DNA of 64,000 nucleotides from positions 128,001 to 192,000 of the forward strand of contig JAVJQW010000007.1 of the NCBI GenBank assembly GCA_040218735.1. Direction: 5' to 3'. The notes under the pieces are model-generated. The model saw only the letters and a program-made list of their open reading frames with translations, was not told the origin of the DNA and did not search any database. The stretch comes from Deltaproteobacteria bacterium (GTDB taxonomy: Bacteria; Myxococcota; Kuafuiibacteriia; Kuafuiibacteriales; Kuafuiibacteriaceae). Positions 46,579 through 55,832 of this stretch are shown piece by piece (position 1 is the first letter of the stretch; every line of letters begins with the position of its first letter). The position numbers were made by a program, and so were the translations under genes.

Positions 46579-49074
46579 CTAGCTCGTCTGGAACGCACGC
46601 GTACGAAGCTGCTGCGTAGGGTTCGCGATCTGCTGCTCGAGGTCCGCGATCGCGGCGTCCGTCTGGGCGATCTCCCCGTTCAGCTTCTCGATCGCGGCCG
46701 GCAGCGCCGCGTGCTGCTGCGCCGCGCGAGCTTCCAGGCGTTGCAGCGATTCGCTGAACAGCTCGATGAAGTCCGCGGTGTTCCGCACGCTCCCTTCGGC
46801 GTGTCGATACGCGCGCGGAGGCTCCCCTTCCAGCGGGTGCACGTCCGCGAGGTACGTGTAGAAGCGAGGCGTCTGTCCCAACGTGTCGAAGCGCTCTCGT
46901 GCGGTGTCGATCGCGCCTTGGAGCTTGCGAGCCGCATCGGTGTGCGCCCGCGTCACGTCGAGGAGCTCCCGCCGGTACCCCGCGACGATGTCGCCGCCGA
47001 GGTGCTGCGTGTCCTCCACGATCTTCGTCAGCCGCGCCTTGTCGCGGTCGAGCGGGAGGAACGACTCGTAGGCGCTCGCGAGGTCGGCCTCGATCCCCGG
47101 CCACGCGTCGTCCGCGGGGAACGGCTCCACGACGCGCATCGCGAAGTGTTTCTCGCGGAGGTCGAGCTTCGCCCACGTCTGATCGAGCGCGGTGCGCAGC
47201 CCGGCGAGCCGGGTCTTCGCCTCGGCGTGGTCGGTCTTCGCCTGCGCGAGCTCCTCGCGTCGCACCTCGCGCGCCGGGCGACCGTTGAGGTACGTCCCGG
47301 TCCGGATCTCGTCCGGGTTCGCGCGGAGGTGTTCGAGCTCGGCGAGGCGCTCCTGCTGGAACGCGCGGTAGCTCTGTTTGTTCTCGAGCGACGACCGATC
47401 CGAGGCGACCTCCGCCGCCGTCATGTCGTAGGCGATCGTCTCGGGCGTCGGCGTGAGGAGCACGTGCTGCCCGGAGTCGAGCATGATCGAAAACGGCGCC
47501 GCTAGCTGATCGAACACCGACGGCACGACGTCCGCCTCGAGGATCAACGTCGCCTCGCCGTTCACCTGCTCTACCGAGAACGTGACGTTGTCGTCGGACC
47601 GCTCTCGAACGAACGGGCGCCCGAGGCTGATCGTGTCGATCGCGTCCGCGAACCGGCGGTCGCCGAGCGGCCGTGTGTCGAGGTCGTCCATCCCGATCGT
47701 GTACCGAACCTTCGCCGAGCGCAGGTCCCCCGACACCTTCATCTCGAGCGGCGCACGCAGCGTGACGTTCATGCGCGGCATCGCCACCGTGCCGTGGCGC
47801 GGGGTCGCGAGGGTCTCGATGGCGTCGACGAGGTGCTGCTGGTCCGTGGGGCTCAGCTGATGCACGTGGTTCGAGCTGTCGATCGAACGCATCTCGGCGC
47901 CGATACTTTGGGCGAACGCCTTCGCCGCCGCCGGATCCGCGAGGGTGTCACGCTCCGCGTGCACGACGATCGAAGGCCCCATCTTGTGCGCGTTCTCGCG
48001 CGCGAGCTCGCGGATCATCGCGATGTCCGGGAGCGCGCGTGTCATCGTCGACAGCTGCGCGCGTGCGTCGGAGAGGACGGCGTTCTGCGCTCCGCGCTGC
48101 TCCGCCGTCTTGTCGTCCGTGAGATCCGGGAGCCCCGCGGACGGGACCTTCATGCGGTTCGCGACCGGCACGCGCGCCGCGAGGCCGACGACGTCGTTCA
48201 CGAAGTTCGGCGTCGCACCGAAGAAGGGATCGAAGAGCGCCATCGGCACGCCGGTCGGCGGCGCGGCACCGTCGAGCGCCATCGTCCCCGCGGCGATGTG
48301 CGCCGCGGCGCCCGCGGCACCCGGGCCGCCGCCCATACTGTTACCCGCGAGGATCACCGTGCCGTCTTCGCCATGCCGTTCGCGGGCGAGCTCGGCGGCC
48401 TTCGCCATCACCGACGCGACGTCGCGCGCGACGCCGTTGCCGCGGTCCATCCCGCCGGCGTTTTCGTCGGTCTCGCTCGACCACTGGTGATCCATGACCA
48501 GGACGTCGTGGCCGTTCGCGTTGACCTTGTCGATGACGTCGACGAAGTCGCGCCACGTCTCCTGGAACCCGGGCGACAACACGACCACGCGCCCCGACGG
48601 CGTGCCCTTCGCGGCCCACAGCTGGGTGAAGACGTCGCGCGCTTCGATCGACTGGTTCGCCACCGAGCCCGATGCACGCACGATGTGTTCGTTCACTTCG
48701 CTCGGCGCGCGGCCGAGCTGGGAGAGCACGATCGCCTTCTGCGCCGCGTACAGGTCCGGGTGGCGCAGCTGCCCCAGCACCTCGGCGGCCACCGTCGGCA
48801 CGCCCCACTTCGCCTCGGCCTCGGCGCGGAACTGCTCGAGCTCGCGAATCTCGTCCTTGGTGCGGAGCCCGACCTCGGCGGTCGCCTTCGCCCGGAGCGC
48901 GAGCGGCTGGCGCGCGAACAGGCCACCGACCTGACCGGCCATCTTGTCCTCGTTGCCCCACAGCCCGTCGCGGTTGCCGCGGACGTCCTTCAGCGCGAGG
49001 TAGGTGCCGCCCAGCGCGGAGCGGTTGCCCCAGCTGTCCGGCGTCTTGAAGCCGAGTCCGGTCGTCTTCGCCAT
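46579..49074 (-). CDS. Alpha/beta-hydrolase (lysophospholipase/MAG-lipase-like) fused to a long helical/coiled-coil C-terminus
   Basis: VVLSPGFQE, VLVMDHQW, nucleophile elbow GNSMGG, HAERDTLA (Asp), SNHVH (His). Heptad-rich C-terminus. Confidence 0.75.
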   Translation of the reverse strand: MAKTTGLGFKTPDSWGNRSALGGTYLALKDVRGNRDGLWGNEDKMAGQVGGLFARQPLALRAKATAEVGLRTKDEIRELEQFRAEAEAKWGVPTVAAEVLGQLRHPDLYAAQKAIVLSQLGRAPSEVNEHIVRASGSVANQSIEARDVFTQLWAAKGTPSGRVVVLSPGFQETWRDFVDVIDKVNANGHDVLVMDHQWSSETDENAGGMDRGNGVARDVASVMAKAAELARERHGEDGTVILAGNSMGGGPGAAGAAAHIAAGTMALDGAAPPTGVPMALFDPFFGATPNFVNDVVGLAARVPVANRMKVPSAGLPDLTDDKTAEQRGAQNAVLSDARAQLSTMTRALPDIAMIRELARENAHKMGPSIVVHAERDTLADPAAAKAFAQSIGAEMRSIDSSNHVHQLSPTDQQHLVDAIETLATPRHGTVAMPRMNVTLRAPLEMKVSGDLRSAKVRYTIGMDDLDTRPLGDRRFADAIDTISLGRPFVRERSDDNVTFSVEQVNGEATLILEADVVPSVFDQLAAPFSIMLDSGQHVLLTPTPETIAYDMTAAEVASDRSSLENKQSYRAFQQERLAELEHLRANPDEIRTGTYLNGRPAREVRREELAQAKTDHAEAKTRLAGLRTALDQTWAKLDLREKHFAMRVVEPFPADDAWPGIEADLASAYESFLPLDRDKARLTKIVEDTQHLGGDIVAGYRRELLDVTRAHTDAARKLQGAIDTARERFDTLGQTPRFYTYLADVHPLEGEPPRAYRHAEGSVRNTADFIELFSESLQRLEARAAQQHAALPAAIEKLNGEIAQTDAAIADLEQQIANPTQQLRTRAFQTS

Positions 49075-49130
49075 GCGGCGCGGATTATCGGTGTTCACCC
49101 GACCTTTGTCGCGTCAGAATCCGCCGCGCG

Positions 49131-50030
49131 ATGACCGCCTTCGAAACGCTGACCTACGACGTCGCCGATCGCGTGTGCCGCATCACGCTGAACCGCCCCG
49201 AACGCGGCAACGGCCTCACGCCCACGCTGATCCGCGAGCTCGCCGAAGCCGTCGAACGCGCCGACCTCGACCCCGACGTGCACGTCGTGCAGCTCGCCGG
49301 GAACGGCAAAGGCTTCTGCGGCGGCTACGACCTCGTCGACTCCGCCGAGACGATGGGCAAGGCCGAGGGCTCGAACGTCCCGCTCGGCGCCCCGACCGAC
49401 CCCGCGACCATCGCCGCCAACCACGACCCGTCCCGCACGTGGGATCCGATGGTCGACTACGGGATGATGAGCCGGAACGTCCGCGCGTTCATGACGCTCT
49501 TCCACGCGACCACGCCGATCGTCTGCAAGGTGCACGGCTTCTGCGTCGCCGGCGGCACCGACCTCGCGCTCTGCAGCGACCTCCTCGTCATCGCCGACGA
49601 CGCGAAGATCGGCTACCCGCCGTCCCGGGTCTGGGGCTCGCCGACGACCGCGCTGTGGGCGGCGCGCCTCGGACCGCAACGCGCGAAGCGACTGCTCTTC
49701 ACGGGCGACTGTCTGTCGGGCGCCGAAGCGCTCGCGTGGGGCCTCGCGATCGAAGCGCCCCCGAAGGCCGAGCTCGACGCCTGCGCCGACGCGCTCACGT
49801 CGCGCATCGCGAAGATGCCGAAGAACCAACTGCAGATGATGAAGCTGCTCGTGAACACGCAAGTGCATGCGCAGTCGCTCGGCCCGACGCAGGTGCTGGG
49901 CACGATCCTCGACGGCGCGACCCGCCACACCCCGGAGGGGTACGCGTTTCAGCGGCGCGCCGCGGAGGTGGGGTTCAAGCAGGCGGTGCGGGAGCGCGAC
50001 GCGCCCTTCGATGACGAGGGCGCGTCGTAG
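49131..50030 (+). CDS. Crotonase/enoyl-CoA hydratase family protein
   Basis: ITLNRPERGN, GFCGGYDL, KVHGFCVAGGTDLALCSD, AKIGYP, LLFTGD. Confidence 0.93.
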   Translation: MTAFETLTYDVADRVCRITLNRPERGNGLTPTLIRELAEAVERADLDPDVHVVQLAGNGKGFCGGYDLVDSAETMGKAEGSNVPLGAPTDPATIAANHDPSRTWDPMVDYGMMSRNVRAFMTLFHATTPIVCKVHGFCVAGGTDLALCSDLLVIADDAKIGYPPSRVWGSPTTALWAARLGPQRAKRLLFTGDCLSGAEALAWGLAIEAPPKAELDACADALTSRIAKMPKNQLQMMKLLVNTQVHAQSLGPTQVLGTILDGATRHTPEGYAFQRRAAEVGFKQAVRERDAPFDDEGAS

Positions 50031-50033
50031 GCG

Positions 50034-53000
50034 TCAGCGTCGGCGGCGGAGCGCGACGAACGCGCCGAGCAACAGACCGAACATCAGCACGCCCGACTTC
50101 TCGGCGCCCGGCTGGGCGGTGCATCCGAAGACACCCGAGCCCGTCGCGACGTAGACGTCCTTGAAGCCGTCGCCGTCCATGTCCTCGTCGCAGACGTCGC
50201 CGAGGCCGTCACCGTCCTGGTCCTCCTGCTCCGGGTTCGGGATCGTCGGACAGTTGTCGTCGTCGTCGAAGACCTTGTCCTTGTCCTTGTCCGGACCGCG
50301 GATGCACATGTCCGCCGCGTCGCAGGTGTCGTCGCAGACGTCACCGATGTCGTCGTCGTCCATGTCCGCCTGGTCGGTGTTCGCGTCGATGCGGCAGTTG
50401 TCGTCCCCGTCCGGCACCTCGTCGTTGTCCGAGTCGAGGTCGAGGAAGTCCGGCTGCCCGTCGCCGTCGGAGTCGATCGCTGGCGTCATCAGGACCGCGT
50501 CGCCCGCCTCGTCGATGTCGGCGATGCCGTCGCCGTCGCTCTCGAGGTCGCGGTAGTTCGGCTTCCCGTCGCCGTCTTCGTCGTCCGCGGTCTCTTCGCT
50601 GTCGTAGATGTTGTCGTCGTCCGAATCGAGATCGCGGGCGTCGATGGAGCCGTCGCCGTCCGTGTCGACCTCGTAGCCGCCGTCGGTCTCGACGAAGTCG
50701 CCGATGCCGTCGCCGTCCGAGTCCGGGTTCAGCGGGTTCGTGCCGATCGACACCTCGTGCCGGTTCAACAGGCCGTCGCCGTCGGCGTCGCCGTCCGGGC
50801 CGTCGTCGTCGTCGGCGTCGAGGTAGTTCGGGACCAGGTCGCCGTCCACGTCGCCGGTGCCTTCGACCGTGTCGCTGTCGCCGTCGCCGTCGGAGTCGAG
50901 GTCGAGGCGGTTCTCGATGCTGTCGCCGTCGACGTCGTGGCCGAACACGTTGCCGTCGCTCGCTTCGGTGACGGTCGGGATGCCATCGTCGTCGTCGTCG
51001 CTGTCGCGCCAGTCGCCGACGCCGTCGAGGTCGGAGTCGACTTCACCCTCGGTGCGATCGTCGACCGAGTCGTCGTCGGAGTCCTGGTCGGAGCAGTCGT
51101 TGCGCCCGTCACCGTCGGTGTCGACCACCGCGCCGCCGTTCGCTTCCGTGAAGTCGCCGATCGCGTCGCCGTCGGAGTCCGGGTTGAGCGGGTTGCAGCC
51201 GTACGTCACCTCGTCCGAGTTCGGCAGGCCGTCGCCGTCCCAGTCGGCGTTCGGGCCGTCGTCGTCACGGGCGTCGAGGTAGTTCGGGATGCCGTCGACG
51301 TCGTCGTCGCCGCGCAGCTCGACCGCGTCGAGGCGCGCGTCGCCGTCGGAGTCGACGTCGTACCAGTTGCGCACGCTGTCGCTGTCCACGTCGTCGCCGA
51401 AGATCTGCGCGTCGGTGTACTCCTGCGCCGTCGGGATCGTGTCGCCGTCGTCGTCCGAGTCGCGGTAGTTCGGGATACCGTCGCCGTCGAAGTCGGCCAC
51501 CAGCTCCGTGCTGTCGAGCAGGTTGTCGCCGTCGGAGTCGAGGTCGAGCACGTCGGGGGTGCCGTCGCCGTCCGTGTCGATCGGGTTGCCGAAGTTCGTC
51601 TCCGGGCCGTCCCAGATGGTGTCATCGTCGGTGTCCGGATCGTACGGGTTGCTGCCGATCGAGATCTCGATGTGCGTCAGCACGCCGTCTTCGTCCGGGT
51701 CGCCGTTCGGGCCGTCCTCGTCGTTCGGGTCGAGGAAGTTCGGCACGCCGTCGCCGTCGTCGTCGCCGAGCACTTCGACGGAGTCGTCGCGCATGTCGCC
51801 GTCGGAGTTTGTGTCGCGGTACGCGGGAACCAGATCGGCGTCCGGGTCGAGCCCGTGCTGGGCGCCTTCGGCCGCCTCGACCGAGGTCGGGATCGTGTCG
51901 TTGTCGTCGTCGGTGTCGCGGCGGTCGGGCGTGCCGTCGCCGTCCGTGTCGAGCAGGAGCTCCTCGGCGTCGGGGATCGTGTCGTCGTCCGAGTCGAGGT
52001 CGAGGCCGTCGACCAGGCCGTCACCGTCGGTGTCGACGTGCGCGCCGCCGTCGCTCTCGACGTTGTCGTCGAGCCCGTCGTCGTCGGAGTCGGCGTCGAA
52101 GGGGTTCGTGCCGGTGATGAGGATTTCGTCGACGTTCGTGATGCCGTCGCCGTCGAAGTCGAGCACCGGGCCGTCCGCGTCGTCGAGGTCGCAGAAGTCC
52201 GCGAGGCCGTCGCCATCGAGGTCGCCGAGGCCGTCCGCCGCGTCGTTCGTGCCGTTGCCGTCGGCGTCGACGTCGAGGTGCACGAGCAGGCCGTCGCCGT
52301 CCGCGTCGATGAAGAGGCAGACGCTGAGCTCGAAGGACGTGAGGAGCCCGTCGCCGTCGTCGTCGGTGTCGAGGAAGTCGGGGATGTTGTCGAGGTCGGT
52401 GTCGACCGTCAGCTCGATTGCGTCGAGCACGGTGTCGCCGTCCGAGTCGAGGTCGAGCGCGTCGATGGTGCCGTCACCGTCCGTGTCGACGCCGATGCCC
52501 AACGCGGCTTCCACGCCGTCCGGGATCCCGTCGCCGTCGGAGTCGGCGAGCGCGATGTTGAGGCCGAGCGGGATCTCTTGCGAGTTGAGGAGGCCGTCGC
52601 CGTCGAGGTCGCCGTTCGGGTCCGCACCGTTGGAGAGATCGCAGAAGTCGAGCAGGCCGTCGTTGTCACGGTCGAGGATGCCCTCGAGGAGGTCGGAGAC
52701 CGAGTCGCCGTCGGAGTCGTCGTCGAGGTGGGCGGGGAGGCCGTCGTTGTCGAGGTCGCCCGCGCAGCTCGAGGTTTCGATCAGCGAGGGGATCAGGTCG
52801 CCGTCGTCGTCCGGATCGCGGAAGTCGGGGATGGTGTCGCCGTCGGTGTCGACGAGGAGCTCGACCGCGTCGAGGATCGAGTCACCGTCGGAGTCGAGGT
52901 CGAAGACGTCGAGGATGCCGTCGCCGTCCGTGTCGATGTTGGTCAGGCCGTTGAGCGTCTCCACGCCGTCCGGGATGCCATCGAGGTCGGTGTCGCTCTC

Positions 53001-53663
53001 GGTCGGGTCGCTCCCGATGATCATCTCGACGACGTTCGGTACGCCGTCGCCGTCGAAGTCGGGGGAGGGGCCGTCGCCGTCGTCGGGGTCCAGGAAGTTC
53101 GGGATGCCGTCGCCGTCGAGGTCGACCGCGGACTCGATCGCGTCGAGGTAGCCGTCGCCGTCGGAGTCGAGGTCGAGGAAGTTCGGGATGCTGTCGAGGT
53201 CGAGGTCCCCCGCGCCTTCGACGCTGTCGAGGATGCTGTCGCCGTCCGCGTCCAGGTCGAGGAACGCCGGGAGCCCGTCGAGGTCGAGGTCCATCAGGCC
53301 TTCGACTTCACTCGGGATGCCGTCGCCGTCGTCGTCCGTGTCACGGAAGTTCGGCAGGCCGTCGGTGTCGGGGTCGCCCATGCCGTCGACGAGGTCGAGG
53401 ACCGTGTCCCCGTCCGAGTCGACATCGAGCGCGTCGATCAGGCCGTCGCCGTCCGTGTCGATCGGGTTGCCGCCGTCGGTCTCGACGCCGTCACTGATCA
53501 GGTCCAGGTCCGAGTCCGCGAGGAGCGGGTTGGTGCCGAGCGTGAGCTCCGCGAGATCCGGGATGCCGTCGCCGTCGGTGTCGACCTGCGCAAACGCGGA
53601 GGGCGACGCCAAGAGCACCGCCGTGACGGCCAGTACATTGAAGCGATTGATGAACGTACCCAC
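50034..53663 (-). CDS. Giant Asp-rich Ca2+-binding (TSP3-like DxDxDG) surface protein with MYXO-CTERM-like C-terminus
   Basis: Signal peptide (AFA|Q), dozens of DTDGDG/DSDGD motifs, DNCPTIPNPEQEDQDGDGLGDVCD, and C-terminal GSGVFGC...TM...RRRR. Confidence 0.88.
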   Translation of the reverse strand: MGTFINRFNVLAVTAVLLASPSAFAQVDTDGDGIPDLAELTLGTNPLLADSDLDLISDGVETDGGNPIDTDGDGLIDALDVDSDGDTVLDLVDGMGDPDTDGLPNFRDTDDDGDGIPSEVEGLMDLDLDGLPAFLDLDADGDSILDSVEGAGDLDLDSIPNFLDLDSDGDGYLDAIESAVDLDGDGIPNFLDPDDGDGPSPDFDGDGVPNVVEMIIGSDPTESDTDLDGIPDGVETLNGLTNIDTDGDGILDVFDLDSDGDSILDAVELLVDTDGDTIPDFRDPDDDGDLIPSLIETSSCAGDLDNDGLPAHLDDDSDGDSVSDLLEGILDRDNDGLLDFCDLSNGADPNGDLDGDGLLNSQEIPLGLNIALADSDGDGIPDGVEAALGIGVDTDGDGTIDALDLDSDGDTVLDAIELTVDTDLDNIPDFLDTDDDGDGLLTSFELSVCLFIDADGDGLLVHLDVDADGNGTNDAADGLGDLDGDGLADFCDLDDADGPVLDFDGDGITNVDEILITGTNPFDADSDDDGLDDNVESDGGAHVDTDGDGLVDGLDLDSDDDTIPDAEELLLDTDGDGTPDRRDTDDDNDTIPTSVEAAEGAQHGLDPDADLVPAYRDTNSDGDMRDDSVEVLGDDDGDGVPNFLDPNDEDGPNGDPDEDGVLTHIEISIGSNPYDPDTDDDTIWDGPETNFGNPIDTDGDGTPDVLDLDSDGDNLLDSTELVADFDGDGIPNYRDSDDDGDTIPTAQEYTDAQIFGDDVDSDSVRNWYDVDSDGDARLDAVELRGDDDVDGIPNYLDARDDDGPNADWDGDGLPNSDEVTYGCNPLNPDSDGDAIGDFTEANGGAVVDTDGDGRNDCSDQDSDDDSVDDRTEGEVDSDLDGVGDWRDSDDDDDGIPTVTEASDGNVFGHDVDGDSIENRLDLDSDGDGDSDTVEGTGDVDGDLVPNYLDADDDDGPDGDADGDGLLNRHEVSIGTNPLNPDSDGDGIGDFVETDGGYEVDTDGDGSIDARDLDSDDDNIYDSEETADDEDGDGKPNYRDLESDGDGIADIDEAGDAVLMTPAIDSDGDGQPDFLDLDSDNDEVPDGDDNCRIDANTDQADMDDDDIGDVCDDTCDAADMCIRGPDKDKDKVFDDDDNCPTIPNPEQEDQDGDGLGDVCDEDMDGDGFKDVYVATGSGVFGCTAQPGAEKSGVLMFGLLLGAFVALRRRR

Positions 53664-53666
53664 GAC

Positions 53667-55613
53667 TCAGTTCTCCTCACCACGCACGATGGCGAAGTCG
53701 ACGCGACGGTTCTTCGCGCGATTCTCCGGCGTGCTGTTGTCCACCAGCCCACGGTCGAAGCCGTAGCCGCGCGCCGACAGGCGCTCCGGCGCGATGCCCG
53801 CGCCCTTCAGGTGTTCGACGACCGCGAGCGCACGACGCTGCGACAGCAGCATGTTGAAGCCGCGACCACCGACGTTGTCCGTGTGACCCTCGACCCGGAT
53901 GTGCTCGATCTCCGGGTGGTCCTTCATCACGCGCGCGACGTTGTAGAGCAGCCCGAACGAGCGCGGCTGAATCGTCGCCTTCCCGGTGTCGAAGTAGATC
54001 TTCTCCATGATGACGATGCGGTCGGACTCGATGCGGACGTTCTGCTCCTCGGTGCAGCCGAAGTTCTCTTCGCTGCCGGGCTCGTCGGGGCAGTTGTCCT
54101 TGCGGTCGATGACGCTGTCGCCGTCGCGGTCGGAGTCGGGGCAGCCGTTGTTCTCGACCGGGCCGGGCTCGTTGACGCAGCGGTCGCGCGCGTCGACGAC
54201 GCCGTCGCCGTCGTTGTCGAGGTCCGGGCAGCCGTCCTCGTCGTCCGTGCCGTCCACGTCCTCCGCGTCGTCGACGCAGCGGTCGAGGCGGTTCACGATG
54301 CCGTCACCGTCGGTGTCGACGTCCGGGCAGCCGCGGTTGTCCACGTGGCCGGCCTCGTCGACGCAGCGGTCCATCTCGTCCGGCACGCCGTCGCCGTCCT
54401 TGTCGAAGACCGGGCAGCCTTCGTTGTCGATCGAGCCGGCATCCATCGGGCACTTGTCGCGGTTGTCCTCGACGCCGTCCGCGTCGTTGTCCGGATCCGG
54501 GATGCCGTCGTCGTCTTCGAAGCCGTCGTAGTCCTCGGCGAAGTTGGGTGCGCCGTCGACGGCGTCTTCGAAACGGTCGCCGTCGTTGTCGGCCTCGGGG
54601 CAGCCGTCCTTGTCCTCGAAGCCGTCGTAGTCCTCGGCGTTCTGCGGACAGGCGTCGTCGTCGCCTTCGATGCCGTCACCGTCGGGGTCGAGGTTCGCGG
54701 AGGCGACGCGCAGGCCGAGGAGGCCGCGCACGTCGGGCGTGCCGTAGCCGCCGCCGCCGCCGGCGCCGACCGCGGCGAACGCGAGCATCGGCCCGAAGCG
54801 GTAACGCGCGCCGGCCAACGCCTCGACGTAGTTCTGCTGCGTCGACGCCGTCGGGTCCTTGAGGAGCGTCGCGGCGGCCACGCTCGCGTCGATGCCGAGC
54901 GGGACGCTGGTGAGCCCCTCGAGGTCGAAGGATGCGCCGATGGACGCGGTGAGCTCGTCGTCGATGTCGATGCCGAGCCACTCGCGCTGCTCGAGCACCC
55001 GCGCGCCGACGTTGAAGTTGGTGTTGAGGGAACCGAACGCCTTCGACACCGCGACGGTCGGCGCGAACTCGAAGCTCTCGCCGCCGATGTACGCGTCGCG
55101 CGAGATCGTCGGGAGCACGAGCGTCGGGACCAGCGCCACGGCGATGCCCGCTTCGTCCTCACGGACGATGGCGACCTTCGGCGCGATGCGGATGTTGCCG
55201 ACGCCGGCCACTGACAGCGCCGGGATGGAGCCTACGGCGCCCGCCGGGTCGCTGTTGCGACTCTGGTAGGTGACCACCGGGACGATCAGGCCGACCTGGA
55301 GGAGGTCGAAGAGCCCGACGGAGCCCATGAGGCTGCCGCCCATCCGGAAGCCGACGATGTCGCCACCGTGCGTGCGGCCGTCCTCGCTGATGCGGGTGAG
55401 CACCAGCGGGGCGTGGCTGCCGCCGAACCAGAGGCTGGCGTTCCAGTCGAGGTGACCGGCGACGCGGCCACTCTCGACGTTGAGCGTGCCGTTACGATCG
55501 AGGGAGAGCTCGAAGCGCTCGACGGAGAAGGATGCCGGCTCCTGCTGCGCGTAGACGCTTGCGCTCGAGGACAGGGCCAGACTCAGGGCGGTGACTGCGA
55601 CGGTTCGGTTCAT
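53667..55613 (-). CDS. OmpA-family outer-membrane protein with TSP3 repeats (TraB-like architecture)
   Basis: Signal peptide from MNRTVAV, beta-barrel-like N-half, DGCPD.D.DGDG repeats, OmpA C-domain (IYFDTGKA, VEGHTDN, LSQRRA, NRRVDF). Confidence 0.9.
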   Translation of the reverse strand: MNRTVAVTALSLALSSSASVYAQQEPASFSVERFELSLDRNGTLNVESGRVAGHLDWNASLWFGGSHAPLVLTRISEDGRTHGGDIVGFRMGGSLMGSVGLFDLLQVGLIVPVVTYQSRNSDPAGAVGSIPALSVAGVGNIRIAPKVAIVREDEAGIAVALVPTLVLPTISRDAYIGGESFEFAPTVAVSKAFGSLNTNFNVGARVLEQREWLGIDIDDELTASIGASFDLEGLTSVPLGIDASVAAATLLKDPTASTQQNYVEALAGARYRFGPMLAFAAVGAGGGGGYGTPDVRGLLGLRVASANLDPDGDGIEGDDDACPQNAEDYDGFEDKDGCPEADNDGDRFEDAVDGAPNFAEDYDGFEDDDGIPDPDNDADGVEDNRDKCPMDAGSIDNEGCPVFDKDGDGVPDEMDRCVDEAGHVDNRGCPDVDTDGDGIVNRLDRCVDDAEDVDGTDDEDGCPDLDNDGDGVVDARDRCVNEPGPVENNGCPDSDRDGDSVIDRKDNCPDEPGSEENFGCTEEQNVRIESDRIVIMEKIYFDTGKATIQPRSFGLLYNVARVMKDHPEIEHIRVEGHTDNVGGRGFNMLLSQRRALAVVEHLKGAGIAPERLSARGYGFDRGLVDNSTPENRAKNRRVDFAIVRGEEN

Positions 55614-55740
55614 CGGTTTCCCTTCGTGACCAAGCGCGCGAATGGCGCGCTTCGCCGACGATCCGAATCGGTTGGGTCCTGGGGCACTCCAGAAGGGGCG
55701 GACCCCGCGTTCCAAATCGAGTCACCCGCCGCGCCCTTTG

Positions 55741-55762
55741 AACTTGACGCATACGTCAAGTT
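55741..55762. promoter_or_regulatory. Palindromic operator 1 (AACTTGACGCATACGTCAAGTT), contains a TTGACG -35-like hexamer on both strands
   Basis: Near-perfect 22-bp palindrome in the divergent intergenic region between the OmpA gene and the MerR-isc operon. Confidence 0.7.
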
Positions 55763-55789
55763 TCTAGAGATTTGAGGGAAGCCGAGAAG

Positions 55790-55811
55790 TTGACGTTTAC
55801 GTCAACGTCAA
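55790..55811. promoter_or_regulatory. Palindromic operator 2 (TTGACGTTTACGTCAACGTCAA), MerR-type site
   Basis: Near-perfect 22-bp palindrome beginning with TTGACG, 21 bp upstream of the MerR ATG. Shares TTGACG-N4-CGTCAA with site 1. Confidence 0.75.
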
Positions 55812-55832
55812 GGCACGGAGACGCACCTCGTC

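Noticed and set aside
50757-55214. 1485-aa plus-strand ORF (and 51508-53151)
   Set aside because: Antisense shadow of the Asp-rich/OmpA genes. GAC/GGC codons read as V/A/R on the other strand, and there are no protein motifs.
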